A stretch of DNA of 64,000 nt from Candidatus Omnitrophota bacterium (GCA_026387235.1 JAPLMD010000026.1:973-64972), one strand, 5' to 3'. Counted from the first letter of the stretch, positions 50,727 to 59,909 are shown. Numbers and translations are program-made. Notes: generated from the sequence alone by a model not told the origin.

Positions 50727-52145
50727 TTATAAACTGACTATCGCTAAAAAACCCTGCCAGCACCTATATACGTCAGAGAAGTTTCTGATCTGACGCAGCT
50801 GGCTTAAGATGTAACTCGGCCTAAAATAAAAAGATCTGTGCGCCCGCGAAGAAGACTTGCGAATCTGATTTTCTCCCAACCCCTTTGATACAAAAGGCAA
50901 GCGCATATATTTTGGCAGATTTAATTGGCAATAATGCTGGTAGTTTCTATGCAAAAGCAGGCCTTCGGCGCTAATTTTGTGAAAAAGTTCTGTGCCGGGA
51001 AAAGGTATAAAAATATGAAAGTTAACGATATCTGCGGGGAGCGTCTTGGCGAAATCAATTGTTTTTTGGATAGTCTTCTCTGTTTCTCCCGGGAGGCCAA
51101 ACATAAATGATACCTTAACGTCCATGCCGCATGCTTTTGCGCATAGCACGGCGTCTTTGCATTCCTCCGGTGTTATATATTTCTTAACTCTTTCCAATAT
51201 GGCAGCCTCTGCGCTTTCGATACCGAATCCAATCTGCCAACAGCCAGAGCGTTTCATTATCTTCAAAAGATCAAAAGAAAGGTTTTTTACATGAACACGG
51301 CACGTCCAAGGGATTTTCATATTTCTCTTCGATATCTCTTCACAAATATCTATAACCCGCTTTGGGTCCGCATTGAAGGTATCATCGTTAAACTTTACTT
51401 CTTTTACACCGAACCGCCTCATCAACATTTCTATTTCATCTACTACATTTTTTGGAGAACGCGCACGAAATAACTGGCCAAAAACTTTTCGGTCACAAAA
51501 TGTGCATTGATAAGGACAGCCTCTGGAGGTCATAATCTGAGCATAGGGCATTTTTCTGACATTCCCTGGCATTGGACGGTATATGGATAGGGGTGGAAAT
51601 AAATGAAATGCGGGAAAAGGCAAAGAATCTAAATTATCTATGTAAGCCCTCCTGCCGGTAGAAATTAACTCGCCATTTTTTCTATACATTAATCCACTAA
51701 TGCCGGAAAAATCTTTTGATGCGTTTCTAACCCGTTGCACAATTTCTAGAAATGAATACTCCCCTTCTCCTAAAACTACCACATCAAAGGGACCGTTACG
51801 CATTGTCTCTTCAGGTAAAGCCGTAACATGCGGTCCACCTATCACAATCAAGGAATGCGGCAGGACAGCCCTGGCATTCCGGGCGGCTTTTATGGCGCTA
51901 TCAATAGAAATGGTGGTAGCCGTAAAACCGATGATCTGCGGCTTTTCTATCGCCAGATCCTTGCACAAATCATCGTGGGTCAGGCTTAACGGAGGGCAAT
52001 CAACTATCTTTACAACAAAACCCTCTCTTTCCAGAAGCGCAGCGATATACCCAATCCCTAGCGGAGGGAGAAGGCTAGCAATTCTCTTCATCTTCCCCGC
52101 TGCTTCCTGTCTCGTAAGAGGAGGGTTAACGAGAAATATCTTCAT
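50727..52145 (-). CDS. Cobalamin-dependent radical SAM enzyme
   Basis: MKIFLVNPP, PPLGIGYIAA, GGPHVT, GEGE, SRGCPYQCTFC, FMFGLPGET. Confidence 0.92.
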   Translation of the reverse strand: MKIFLVNPPLTRQEAAGKMKRIASLLPPLGIGYIAALLEREGFVVKIVDCPPLSLTHDDLCKDLAIEKPQIIGFTATTISIDSAIKAARNARAVLPHSLIVIGGPHVTALPEETMRNGPFDVVVLGEGEYSFLEIVQRVRNASKDFSGISGLMYRKNGELISTGRRAYIDNLDSLPFPAFHLFPPLSIYRPMPGNVRKMPYAQIMTSRGCPYQCTFCDRKVFGQLFRARSPKNVVDEIEMLMRRFGVKEVKFNDDTFNADPKRVIDICEEISKRNMKIPWTCRVHVKNLSFDLLKIMKRSGCWQIGFGIESAEAAILERVKKYITPEECKDAVLCAKACGMDVKVSFMFGLPGETEKTIQKTIDFAKTLPADIVNFHIFIPFPGTELFHKISAEGLLLHRNYQHYCQLNLPKYMRLPFVSKGLGENQIRKSSSRAHRSFYFRPSYILSQLRQIRNFSDVYRCWQGFLAIVSL

Positions 52146-52210
52146 ATTTGTTGAAAACACTCTTTCATTTAAGTTGTACCAGTTTTTAAGAGAGCGCAGC
52201 CGCATTTTTG

Positions 52211-53356
52211 TCAAAGAAAATCATAGGAGAAATAAGCTATGCCGTCCGGATTCAGAGACTCTATTATCTTCTCCTGCTCGGATAGGATCTGGGGGTCATT
52301 TTCCATTAAAAAATTACCTATACCTATGTAAACCCTGCCCTTTCCTCTCTGAGCAAGGGCTGAGCGCGTTATCTCTTTTGCAAGCTGATTATTCTTTGTG
52401 TAATTCATTAGCACCACATAATCAACTGTGCCGTTTTCCAGCCACCCGGGCCAATCCTGAAACGACGCGGAAAAAGCAGTATCAGGCGAAGGAAGCACTG
52501 CGCAGGACATAAGCATCCCCGGGTATTTATTTTTTATATCCTTCGCCAGCTTATCCACGAGATTCGTGACCTGGCTTCTTTTCCAGTCGTCCCATATGAG
52601 AGAATTTTCATTATTGTCCGGCATGGATAAAGAGTCCAGGCCTGTTTTTTCCTTAAATCTTTTTACATTTTCCTCTCCGTATCCGTATGTCAGGCCATAT
52701 TTATTGAAGCTTGAACGCGGAAGAAAAGGCACGGGATACGGATAACGCACGTAATCAAGATGCAGCCCGGATAAATCAGGGTATCTGGTTATAATTTCAT
52801 CTATTACGGACGCCATATATTCGCTTACCCGCGGGTCTCCGGGCTCAAGAAAAAGCTGATCGTCCCTGAGATAATATTTATCGGATTCATTTACGTCCTC
52901 TGTCCTCATTGAGACCCTCTGATGCTGGTCCCGCGTCAATACGGAATTCCCGAATTTTTTTATTATATCGGCGTTTTTATTTTTCCCCGCGCAAAGGACA
53001 TTTACCCAGGCAAATACTTTTACGCCGCACCTCTTCGCCTCTTTCAGCAGGCAATCTATCGCATCAGCTCCGGATGCTTTAAGCATAGCCTCATATTTTG
53101 ACCTGCCGCCGAGTTTAGTATCGTAATAAGCTTCGCCGCTTCTATAAAACTGAAGGTATACTTCGTTCAGGCCTTTTTTCCTGCAAAATTTAATAAGCTC
53201 AAATGCGGACTTTTCGGAATATAGGACTTCTTTGTCTGAAAAACAAGTTACCCACACGCCTTTCGCAGGGATATTTTTATCTTTTCCATGCGCGGATAAA
53301 GGCATTATTAAAAAAATAATTATAAAAAATAGAAGAAATCTTTTTATGCCTTCCAT
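52211..53356 (-). CDS. Exported glycoside-hydrolase-like TIM-barrel protein (DUF187/GHL10 family)
   Basis: Signal peptide (..LSAHG), KGVWV, FAWVN, LEPGDP.V, GLHLDYVRYP, QDWPGW, VLMNY. Confidence 0.82.
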   Translation of the reverse strand: MEGIKRFLLFFIIIFLIMPLSAHGKDKNIPAKGVWVTCFSDKEVLYSEKSAFELIKFCRKKGLNEVYLQFYRSGEAYYDTKLGGRSKYEAMLKASGADAIDCLLKEAKRCGVKVFAWVNVLCAGKNKNADIIKKFGNSVLTRDQHQRVSMRTEDVNESDKYYLRDDQLFLEPGDPRVSEYMASVIDEIITRYPDLSGLHLDYVRYPYPVPFLPRSSFNKYGLTYGYGEENVKRFKEKTGLDSLSMPDNNENSLIWDDWKRSQVTNLVDKLAKDIKNKYPGMLMSCAVLPSPDTAFSASFQDWPGWLENGTVDYVVLMNYTKNNQLAKEITRSALAQRGKGRVYIGIGNFLMENDPQILSEQEKIIESLNPDGIAYFSYDFL

Positions 53357-54027
53357 TTTTCTCCTTTTATAACAATAACAAACTCGCCGCGCGGCTGATT
53401 TGAAGTAAAATGCTCTATTGCTTCTGAAACCTTCAGGCGGAGGGTTTCTTCAAAGACCTTGGTAAGTTCGCGCATAACGCTGATATCCCTGTCTCCCATG
53501 ACATCTAACACATCCTTTAGAGTCTTTAAAATCCTGTGAGGCGATTCATAGATCACTATGGTCCTTTTTTCCTGATTTAAAGCCTCTAATTCTTTGCGCC
53601 GCTTGCCCGGTTTCTGCGCCAGGAATCCTTCAAATACAAAACTATCCGTAGGCATGCCTGATAAAACAATGCCCGCTATAATAGCGCTTGGCCCCGGGAT
53701 GACTATAATCAGAATATTGTTTTCTATCGCGAGCCTTACTATGTTAAATCCCGGATCGCTTATGCCGGGAGTCCCGCTATCTGACACGAGCGCAATTGCC
53801 CTGCCTTCTTTTAGTAATTTCAATAAATGTTCGCCTTTTTGGATCTTATTGTATTCAAAATAGCTTGTGGTAGGAGTATTTATTCCGTAATGCGAAAGGA
53901 GTTTTTTCGTATGCCTGGTATCCTCGCACGCGATAAGAGCAACTGCCTTCAGCGTCTCAATAGCCCGAAACGTTATATCCTTAAGATTCCCTATCGGCGT
54001 GGCAACTACAAAAAGTTTTCCTGTCAT
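53344..54027 (-). CDS. rsmI: 16S rRNA C1402 2'-O-methyltransferase
   Basis: VATPIGNL.DIT.RA, CEDTRHT, LVSDSGTPGISDPG, YESPHR, RELTKVFE; true start 54027. Confidence 0.96.
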   Translation of the reverse strand: MTGKLFVVATPIGNLKDITFRAIETLKAVALIACEDTRHTKKLLSHYGINTPTTSYFEYNKIQKGEHLLKLLKEGRAIALVSDSGTPGISDPGFNIVRLAIENNILIIVIPGPSAIIAGIVLSGMPTDSFVFEGFLAQKPGKRRKELEALNQEKRTIVIYESPHRILKTLKDVLDVMGDRDISVMRELTKVFEETLRLKVSEAIEHFTSNQPRGEFVIVIKGEKWKA

Positions 54028-54056
54028 ATGCGCTATATTATAACACATTTTTGAAT

Positions 54057-55886
54057 TTATTCCACTGTAACGCTTTTGGCTAGATTTCTTGGCTGGTCGA
54101 CGTCGCATCCGCGTTTTACCGCGATGTAATACGCGAGAAGCTGTAACGGGACTACCGTGACTATCGGGGAAAAGACCTCGTCTATCCTGGGGATGTATAT
54201 TATTTCTTTTGTAAAATTCTCTATGCCTTTATCGCCTTCTGTAGCGATAGCGATTACCTTGCCTTTTCTGGCGCGGATCTCTTCTATGTTCGAGACCATT
54301 TTTTCATACACAAACGACTCGGGCGCGATGCACACTACAGCCCTGTATTCGTCTATAAGAGCTATAGGCCCATGCTTCATTTCTCCCGCGGCGTAGCCTT
54401 CAGCGGGTATGTAGGAGATTTCTTTTAGTTTCAGCGCGCCTTCAAGCGCTGTTGGGAAATTCAGGTTCCTGCCTAGATACAAAAATGAGCCAAAATTCAG
54501 GTGTTTAGCGGCAATCTTCTGTATGCGGTTCTTTTTGCCTAAAATATTCTCTATAACACCCGGCACATTTTTAAATTCTTCCAATAAAGATTTTTTCAAA
54601 TCGCTTTTTAATAATCCTTTTTTATCCGCAATATAAAAAGCCAGCGTATAAAGGACCGCCAACTGAGCTGTATACGCTTTTGTAGACGCAACCCCTATCT
54701 CAGGCCCGGCGTAAGTATACAAAACGCCGTCAGAAACCCTGGCAAGGCTTGACCCGACAACGTTGCATACAGATAAAATCTTAGCTCCCTTTTGCTTCGC
54801 CTCTTTAACAGCCGCCAGGGTATCAGCTGTTTCGCCTGACTGGCTTATGGCAATGACTAATGTATTTTTATTTACAATAGGGTCCCTATACCTGAATTCA
54901 GACGATAAGTCAATGGATACCGGTATCTTTGTAAATTTTTCCAGCACGTATTTGCCGACAAGTCCGGCGTGATACGCAGTGCCGCACGCTACTATAATGA
55001 TGTCGGAAATACCTTTTATATCCATGTCCGGGATATTTATGCCTTCCAGATTGAATTCGGAATCGCCTATTATCCTGGAAGAAATAATCTGTTTTAGGAC
55101 CTTCGGCTGCTCGTGAATTTCTTTCAGCATGAAATGCTGGAAACCGCCCTTTTGCGCTGAATCGAGGGTCCACTTTATAACATCTGCATTTTTGCGCCTT
55201 TGGCTGCCGTCTGAGTCAAAGACCGTAACGTTATCTTTCGTCAAAACAGCTATTTCTCCGTCTTCAAGATAAATTACTTTCTTTGTATATTTCAATATAG
55301 CGGGCACATCTGAGGCAATAAAATTCTCGCCCTCTCCGATGCCCACTATCAGGGGGCTTTCCTTCCTTGCCGCAACAATCCTGTCAGGTTCCTTTTTAGA
55401 TATGACTCCCAGGGCAAAAGAGCCTTTAAGATCTTTGATTGTTTTTAGAACAGCTTCTCTGAGGCAGCCATTGTAATATTTTTCCACAAGATGGCTTATG
55501 ACCTCTGTGTCTGTCTGGGATTTAAATTTATGGCCTTCTTCTATAAGCTGTTTCTTTAACTCGCTGAAATTTTCTATGATGCCGTTATGGACTACCGCTA
55601 TATCGCCTGAACAGTCCTGGTGAGGATGGGCGTTTATATTCGTGGGCGCGCCGTGCGTTGCCCATCTATTATGCGAGATGCCAATATGGCTTTCAGAAAT
55701 ATCTTTCGAGCCAAGCAGCTCCTCTAAGTTTTTTATTTTGCCCTTGCATTTCTTAATAACAATTTTATCTTTCGGGATAATAGCTATGCCCACAGAATCA
55801 TATCCTCTATACTCAAGCCTTCTCAGGCCTTCTATTAAAATAGGCAGGGCGTTCTTATTCCCGACATAACCGACTATCCCGCACAT
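54057..55886 (-). CDS. glmS: Glutamine--fructose-6-phosphate transaminase
   Basis: MCGIVG, RWATHG, SQSGETAD, VASTKAY, C-terminal QPRNLAKSVTVE. Confidence 0.98.
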   Translation of the reverse strand: MCGIVGYVGNKNALPILIEGLRRLEYRGYDSVGIAIIPKDKIVIKKCKGKIKNLEELLGSKDISESHIGISHNRWATHGAPTNINAHPHQDCSGDIAVVHNGIIENFSELKKQLIEEGHKFKSQTDTEVISHLVEKYYNGCLREAVLKTIKDLKGSFALGVISKKEPDRIVAARKESPLIVGIGEGENFIASDVPAILKYTKKVIYLEDGEIAVLTKDNVTVFDSDGSQRRKNADVIKWTLDSAQKGGFQHFMLKEIHEQPKVLKQIISSRIIGDSEFNLEGINIPDMDIKGISDIIIVACGTAYHAGLVGKYVLEKFTKIPVSIDLSSEFRYRDPIVNKNTLVIAISQSGETADTLAAVKEAKQKGAKILSVCNVVGSSLARVSDGVLYTYAGPEIGVASTKAYTAQLAVLYTLAFYIADKKGLLKSDLKKSLLEEFKNVPGVIENILGKKNRIQKIAAKHLNFGSFLYLGRNLNFPTALEGALKLKEISYIPAEGYAAGEMKHGPIALIDEYRAVVCIAPESFVYEKMVSNIEEIRARKGKVIAIATEGDKGIENFTKEIIYIPRIDEVFSPIVTVVPLQLLAYYIAVKRGCDVDQPRNLAKSVTVE

Positions 55887-55924
55887 ATAAGCTCCTTTTT
55901 GCTTATTATATATTATCCGCCCGC

Positions 55925-55953
55925 TTGTGCCAATAGAAAAAATATGTTAAACT
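55925..55953 (+). promoter_or_regulatory. Sigma70-type promoter for the spermidine-synthase-like gene
   Basis: TTGTGC-17 nt-TAAACT with TG extension; ATG 55961 follows after a 7-nt gap. Confidence 0.55.
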
Positions 55954-55954
55954 T

Positions 55955-58273
55955 ATGATAATGAAACTAAGCCTGAAATTAAACGCCGGCGCTTTTATAC
56001 TAGGCCTTACTTCAATGATAGGCCAGATAATCATTATAAGAGAGCTTGTCAGCGCATTTTACGGCAATGAGCTTTCTTTAGGGATCATCCTCGCATCGTG
56101 GCTCTTTTGGGTTTCGTTCGGCAGTTTGATCCTCGGGAGGCTAGCGGACTTTATCTCTTCCAAAGAAAAACTGCTGTCGCACATACAACTTGCCTTATCA
56201 ATACTTATACCTTTGGATATATTCTTTATCCGCGTTATAAAATCAATTTTAAAGATCCCTGCAGGGAAAATCATCGGCTTGGCGCAGATGCTGGGCGCGT
56301 CTTTTGTATCCCTATCCGCCGTGTGCGCATTATTGGGCCTTAGTTTTATATTGATATCAAAGATTGCCGCAAAAGATAATAACCTGCCGGCTAAGCAGGT
56401 AGGAAAGATTTATCTATTGGAAGGGCTGGGGGCTTCTGTCGGAGGCCTCATATATACGTTTCTCCTTATAAAAGCGTATACGCCTTTTCAAAACGCGCTC
56501 ATTCTCGGGAATCTGAATCTGATCGCGTCGATATTATTCAACAGGAACATAGTCCAGCTGGTATATCTTGTAATATTTTCAACCACGGTCATGTTCAACT
56601 GGCCAAAACACATAGATGGATTCACGAGATCTCTTCAGGTAAGGCCTCTTAAACTCATAGAAAATGCAGACTCAATATACGGAAACATCACTGTAGCAAA
56701 ATTAGAAAATCAATATAGCTTTTATGAAAACGGCGCGTTGATGTTTACCGGAGGGGACATATCAACCAGCGAAGAATCTGTTCATTACGCGATGCTTGAA
56801 CACCCGCAGCCTAAAAAGATACTGCTCGTCGGAGGCGGGATAGGAGGCGCAATAAACCAGATTTTAAAACATAAGCCCGCCAGGATTGATTACGTGGAAT
56901 TAGATCCGTTAATGATAAGCCTTTCCCAAAAATACCTCCCTCCGATAACAGATGACAGGGTAAACATCATACACACAGACGGCAGGCTTTTTGTGAAAGA
57001 TTATTCTTCTCGACTTCGCTCGAAGAATAATAGCGATACTGTTCGAGCAAGCGAAGCGAGTCGAGAACTATCAGGCTACGATGTAGTAATACTAAACCTT
57101 CCTGACCCTTATACTGCAAGCCTCAATAGATTTTATTCCCTGGAATTCTTCCAGGAGGTTAAAAAAATACTGGAGCCAGGGGGTTTATTTTCGTTCGGCC
57201 TTCTTTCTTCCGAGAATTACATAAGCCCGGAACACGCCATGTATCTGAGCTGTATTTATAATACGCTTAAAAAAGAATTCTCTGATGTGAAAATACTCCC
57301 CGGAGATAATATGACGTTTATCGCGTCGCAGGACTCCGGCAGCCTTACTGATGACGCAAACACCATAATAAAAAGGCTGAAGGAAAGAAATATCAAAACC
57401 AAGTTCGTAAGAGAGTATTACATACCTTTTAAATTAGACCCCCTGAGAATCAAATATGTAGAAAGCGCTATCCAAAAATTTAATAATACTAAAATCAATA
57501 CTGACTTCAGGCCTATCGGTTATCTTTATCACGCCATATTATGGGTGAGCTTTTTCGACGCCACGAGAAATTTCCTGCCTTACGTTGATAAGATAAATAT
57601 AGGCATTTTTATCCTGCTGGCATTTGCTTTTTTTATCATAACCCTGTTGACGCAGAAATTAACCATGGCAACTTTAAAATTCCCTGTTCTGATATCCGCC
57701 GGCGCGACAGGCATGAGCCAGATATGTTTTCAGGTAATCATCATGCTGGCGTTCCAATTTATATACGGCTACATGTATTATCAGTTAGGATTTATCCTTA
57801 CCTCATTCATGATAGGGCTCACGCTCGGAAGTTTTTTAATAACAAGCTTCATGGAAAAGATAGAGGATGAAAAATCATTGTATATTAAAACTCAGGCGTG
57901 GATGTCTGTTTATCCGCTGATTCTCGCTATAACCTTGATGGCTGTAGCAAAAATAAACCGGGCCTTTCCTGCCGCGGGAAACATGCTTCAGATAGTTTTT
58001 TTAATAATGCCTGTATTGGGCGGTTTTATAGGCGGATTCCAATTCATTCTCGCGAATAAAATATGGCTCAAAGATTCCAAAGACGTCGGAAAAACAACAG
58101 GCCTTCTCTACGGCATTGATTTAATCGGTTCATGCATAGGCGGGCTGGCAATAGGCGTGATACTCATCCCTCTCCTGGGGATCATTCAGACATGCGCGCT
58201 CTTGAGCGTTATAAATATCTTTATTTTTATATTAATCTCGAATTCCAGGCCTTGTTTTATCCAAAAAATGTGA
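55955..58273 (+). CDS. Fused membrane (MFS-like) / spermidine-synthase-like SAM-binding protein
   Basis: FYGNELSLG, YLLEGLGA, LVGGGIGG, YVELDP, TDGR, LNLPDP, YGIDLIGS; start may be 55961. Confidence 0.85.
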   Translation: MIMKLSLKLNAGAFILGLTSMIGQIIIIRELVSAFYGNELSLGIILASWLFWVSFGSLILGRLADFISSKEKLLSHIQLALSILIPLDIFFIRVIKSILKIPAGKIIGLAQMLGASFVSLSAVCALLGLSFILISKIAAKDNNLPAKQVGKIYLLEGLGASVGGLIYTFLLIKAYTPFQNALILGNLNLIASILFNRNIVQLVYLVIFSTTVMFNWPKHIDGFTRSLQVRPLKLIENADSIYGNITVAKLENQYSFYENGALMFTGGDISTSEESVHYAMLEHPQPKKILLVGGGIGGAINQILKHKPARIDYVELDPLMISLSQKYLPPITDDRVNIIHTDGRLFVKDYSSRLRSKNNSDTVRASEASRELSGYDVVILNLPDPYTASLNRFYSLEFFQEVKKILEPGGLFSFGLLSSENYISPEHAMYLSCIYNTLKKEFSDVKILPGDNMTFIASQDSGSLTDDANTIIKRLKERNIKTKFVREYYIPFKLDPLRIKYVESAIQKFNNTKINTDFRPIGYLYHAILWVSFFDATRNFLPYVDKINIGIFILLAFAFFIITLLTQKLTMATLKFPVLISAGATGMSQICFQVIIMLAFQFIYGYMYYQLGFILTSFMIGLTLGSFLITSFMEKIEDEKSLYIKTQAWMSVYPLILAITLMAVAKINRAFPAAGNMLQIVFLIMPVLGGFIGGFQFILANKIWLKDSKDVGKTTGLLYGIDLIGSCIGGLAIGVILIPLLGIIQTCALLSVINIFIFILISNSRPCFIQKM
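57002..57069. repeat. REP-like palindromic element, family A copy 2, inserted in-frame in a CDS
   Basis: tattcttctcgacttcgctcgaagaata...tgttcgagc...gagtcgagaact; encodes YSSRLRSKNNSDTVRASEASREL. Confidence 0.8.
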
Positions 58274-58285
58274 TATAGTATTTAT

Positions 58286-58376
58286 AGAAGGTACTTAAAC
58301 AAGGAGGCGCGTAATAGCGGTAAGCTTCAAGGTTTATAGCCTATAAAAAAAGCCCTAAATTTAGGGCTTTTTTTAT
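58286..58376 (+). ncRNA. Candidate ~90-nt small RNA or micro-ORF transcript
   Basis: TTGTTT-16 nt-(TG)aTATAGT promoter at 58252-58279, internal AAGGAGG, ends in a strong terminator; no ATG-started ORF. Confidence 0.3.
58343..58376. terminator. Bidirectional intrinsic terminator between convergent genes
   Basis: Perfect 34-bp palindrome ataaaaaaagccctaaa|tttagggctttttttat. Confidence 0.9.
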
Positions 58377-58385
58377 TTTAACCAT

Positions 58386-58436
58386 GGTCCACCTGCCAGG
58401 TGAGCCATTTGAATTGGCTCACCTGGCAGGTGGACC
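58386..58436. repeat. Inverted repeat, family B copy 2
   Basis: 22-bp perfect arms ggtccacctgccaggtgagcca-tttgaat-tggctcacctggcaggtggacc abutting the amrB/A stop. Confidence 0.9.
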
Positions 58437-59906
58437 TTATAGTGTATCGCCAAATATTTCTGCGCTGAAAATGTAGATTTCTGTAGCTTTATCCTTCCAT
58501 GCGTCTTGAGGAAGGCCTGCTTTCCTGCAGGTTTCTTTTAAGAAAGTCTCTTTGTCCCAATTATATTCCGTGGCTACCTGAGGTAAAAGTAATCCTGAAT
58601 TAAAACCCTTTTTCATGTAAAGCCCATGCCTGCCGACCTCTATCTCGCTTATATCTTTTATTTTCTTTAGAGGCGTCAGGACCGATATCTCAAGTTCCAG
58701 CTTATCCAATTCATCCTGAGTAACAGGATTAAATCTATAATCGTTAACCGCAGCTGATTTAGCAACGTCTTTCACTGTTTCATAAAGCGGTTTTACTGCC
58801 TGTATATAGCCAATGCATCCGCGAAGCTGGCCGCGTTCGTTCAGCGTGACAAATGCCCCGCAATTTTCTTTGAGCTTTTCTTCTGTCACATTGGGATAAA
58901 ATTGTCTTTTGCCGGTAACTGCCTCTATTATTGAAAATCTCGCTATCTCAAGAAGCTTCTTCTTTTCCTCTTTATTAAGATATTCGTCTTCCATGATAAG
59001 CCCTCCCTTCTCTTCCGCTCCTTCAGGCACATATATCAAAATGCTTGAATATCCCACCACCCTGGATTTATCGCCTGTAACATCGCCTGAATTTGCGTAT
59101 TTTAAAAGGACCGCCTTTGCATTATGCCTATTCGCAAACATAATACCGGCAAGAACAGCTACAGGCGCGTCTATCTCTGTGTTTTTGCTGTCAATCTGCT
59201 GCATAAGCCATTCCGCGTCCAGTTTTTCAATAGCGCTTATGCCGCTTGTATCAAGCTTTACTGCCTTATCGTAAGGATAATAATGCGACAGGTCCACGCT
59301 TATGATTACCAGAGTATCCTTGTCCGCAACATCGTAAAGCGCATCGCTTAGTATCTTCATATCCTCGGACGCAGGGATTCCCATAACGATAGGGACTATT
59401 CTAAAATCCCTGTCTTTATACGCTCTTTGCAAAAATGGCAGTTCCACCTCTATCGCGTGTTCTTTTAAATGCGCTTCAGGATAAAAAATAAATCTTTTAT
59501 CCTTTGCCATTATTCTATCGGCAAGCCCTTCGTCTATTTTCACGATTCCAAGCGGGGTTTCAAACGAGCCTTTATTATAAACTGAAATGCCGTCAAAAGC
59601 CACGTAATGGCTCGGAGATATTATGATAATCTTTTTGAAATCTGTTCCTTCCAGCTGTTTAAAACTATGAGCCGCGACCTGGCCGGAATATTCATAGCCC
59701 GCGTGCGGCACAATGATAGCCAAAACCCTGCCTTCTATATCAGATTTTTCGGCATTGGCTAAAAAATCATCTACCTTCCCGGCAAGCTCTCCTTTATTTC
59801 CGGGATAAAACATGCCTGCTACAGCCGGCTTCCTTATGTCTTCAGAATAAGACCTCAAGCAAAAACATAATAATATGGCTATAAAAAATATAACGCCTTT
59901 CATCAT
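58437..59906 (-). CDS. amrB: AmmeMemoRadiSam protein B (Memo-like) fused to protein A (AMMECR1-like), with a signal-peptide-like N-terminus
   Basis: RKPAVAGMFYP, PHAGYEYSG, EHAIEVELPF, DLSHY, NSGD..VVGY; then GAFVTL...LRGCIG, EISVLTP, GLLLPQVA, CRKAGL. Confidence 0.93.
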   Translation of the reverse strand: MMKGVIFFIAILLCFCLRSYSEDIRKPAVAGMFYPGNKGELAGKVDDFLANAEKSDIEGRVLAIIVPHAGYEYSGQVAAHSFKQLEGTDFKKIIIISPSHYVAFDGISVYNKGSFETPLGIVKIDEGLADRIMAKDKRFIFYPEAHLKEHAIEVELPFLQRAYKDRDFRIVPIVMGIPASEDMKILSDALYDVADKDTLVIISVDLSHYYPYDKAVKLDTSGISAIEKLDAEWLMQQIDSKNTEIDAPVAVLAGIMFANRHNAKAVLLKYANSGDVTGDKSRVVGYSSILIYVPEGAEEKGGLIMEDEYLNKEEKKKLLEIARFSIIEAVTGKRQFYPNVTEEKLKENCGAFVTLNERGQLRGCIGYIQAVKPLYETVKDVAKSAAVNDYRFNPVTQDELDKLELEISVLTPLKKIKDISEIEVGRHGLYMKKGFNSGLLLPQVATEYNWDKETFLKETCRKAGLPQDAWKDKATEIYIFSAEIFGDTL

Positions 59907-59909
59907 AGC

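Noticed and set aside
19392-52145. Island as a hopanoid (hpn) or RiPP cluster
   Set aside because: No squalene synthase or cyclase, precursor peptide, RRE or peptidase was seen; GT-C, GT2 and Glf content points to glycan chemistry.
52146-52214. Mobile-element boundaries for the island
   Set aside because: No integrase, transposase, tRNA or flanking direct repeats are recognisable at either end.
54028-54108. Long N-terminal extensions in the ORF track (rsmI to 54108, rSAM to 52214, GT-C to 39508, rSAM to 43142)
   Set aside because: They overlap upstream genes and lack homology; downstream ATGs fit family N-termini better.
55887-55954. glmS ribozyme
   Set aside because: The intergenic space is only ~70 nt and is occupied by divergent promoters; no ribozyme core is visible.
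12769-58436. Palindromic repeats as CRISPR repeats
   Set aside because: Only isolated copies tens of kb apart; no repeat-spacer periodicity and no cas genes.
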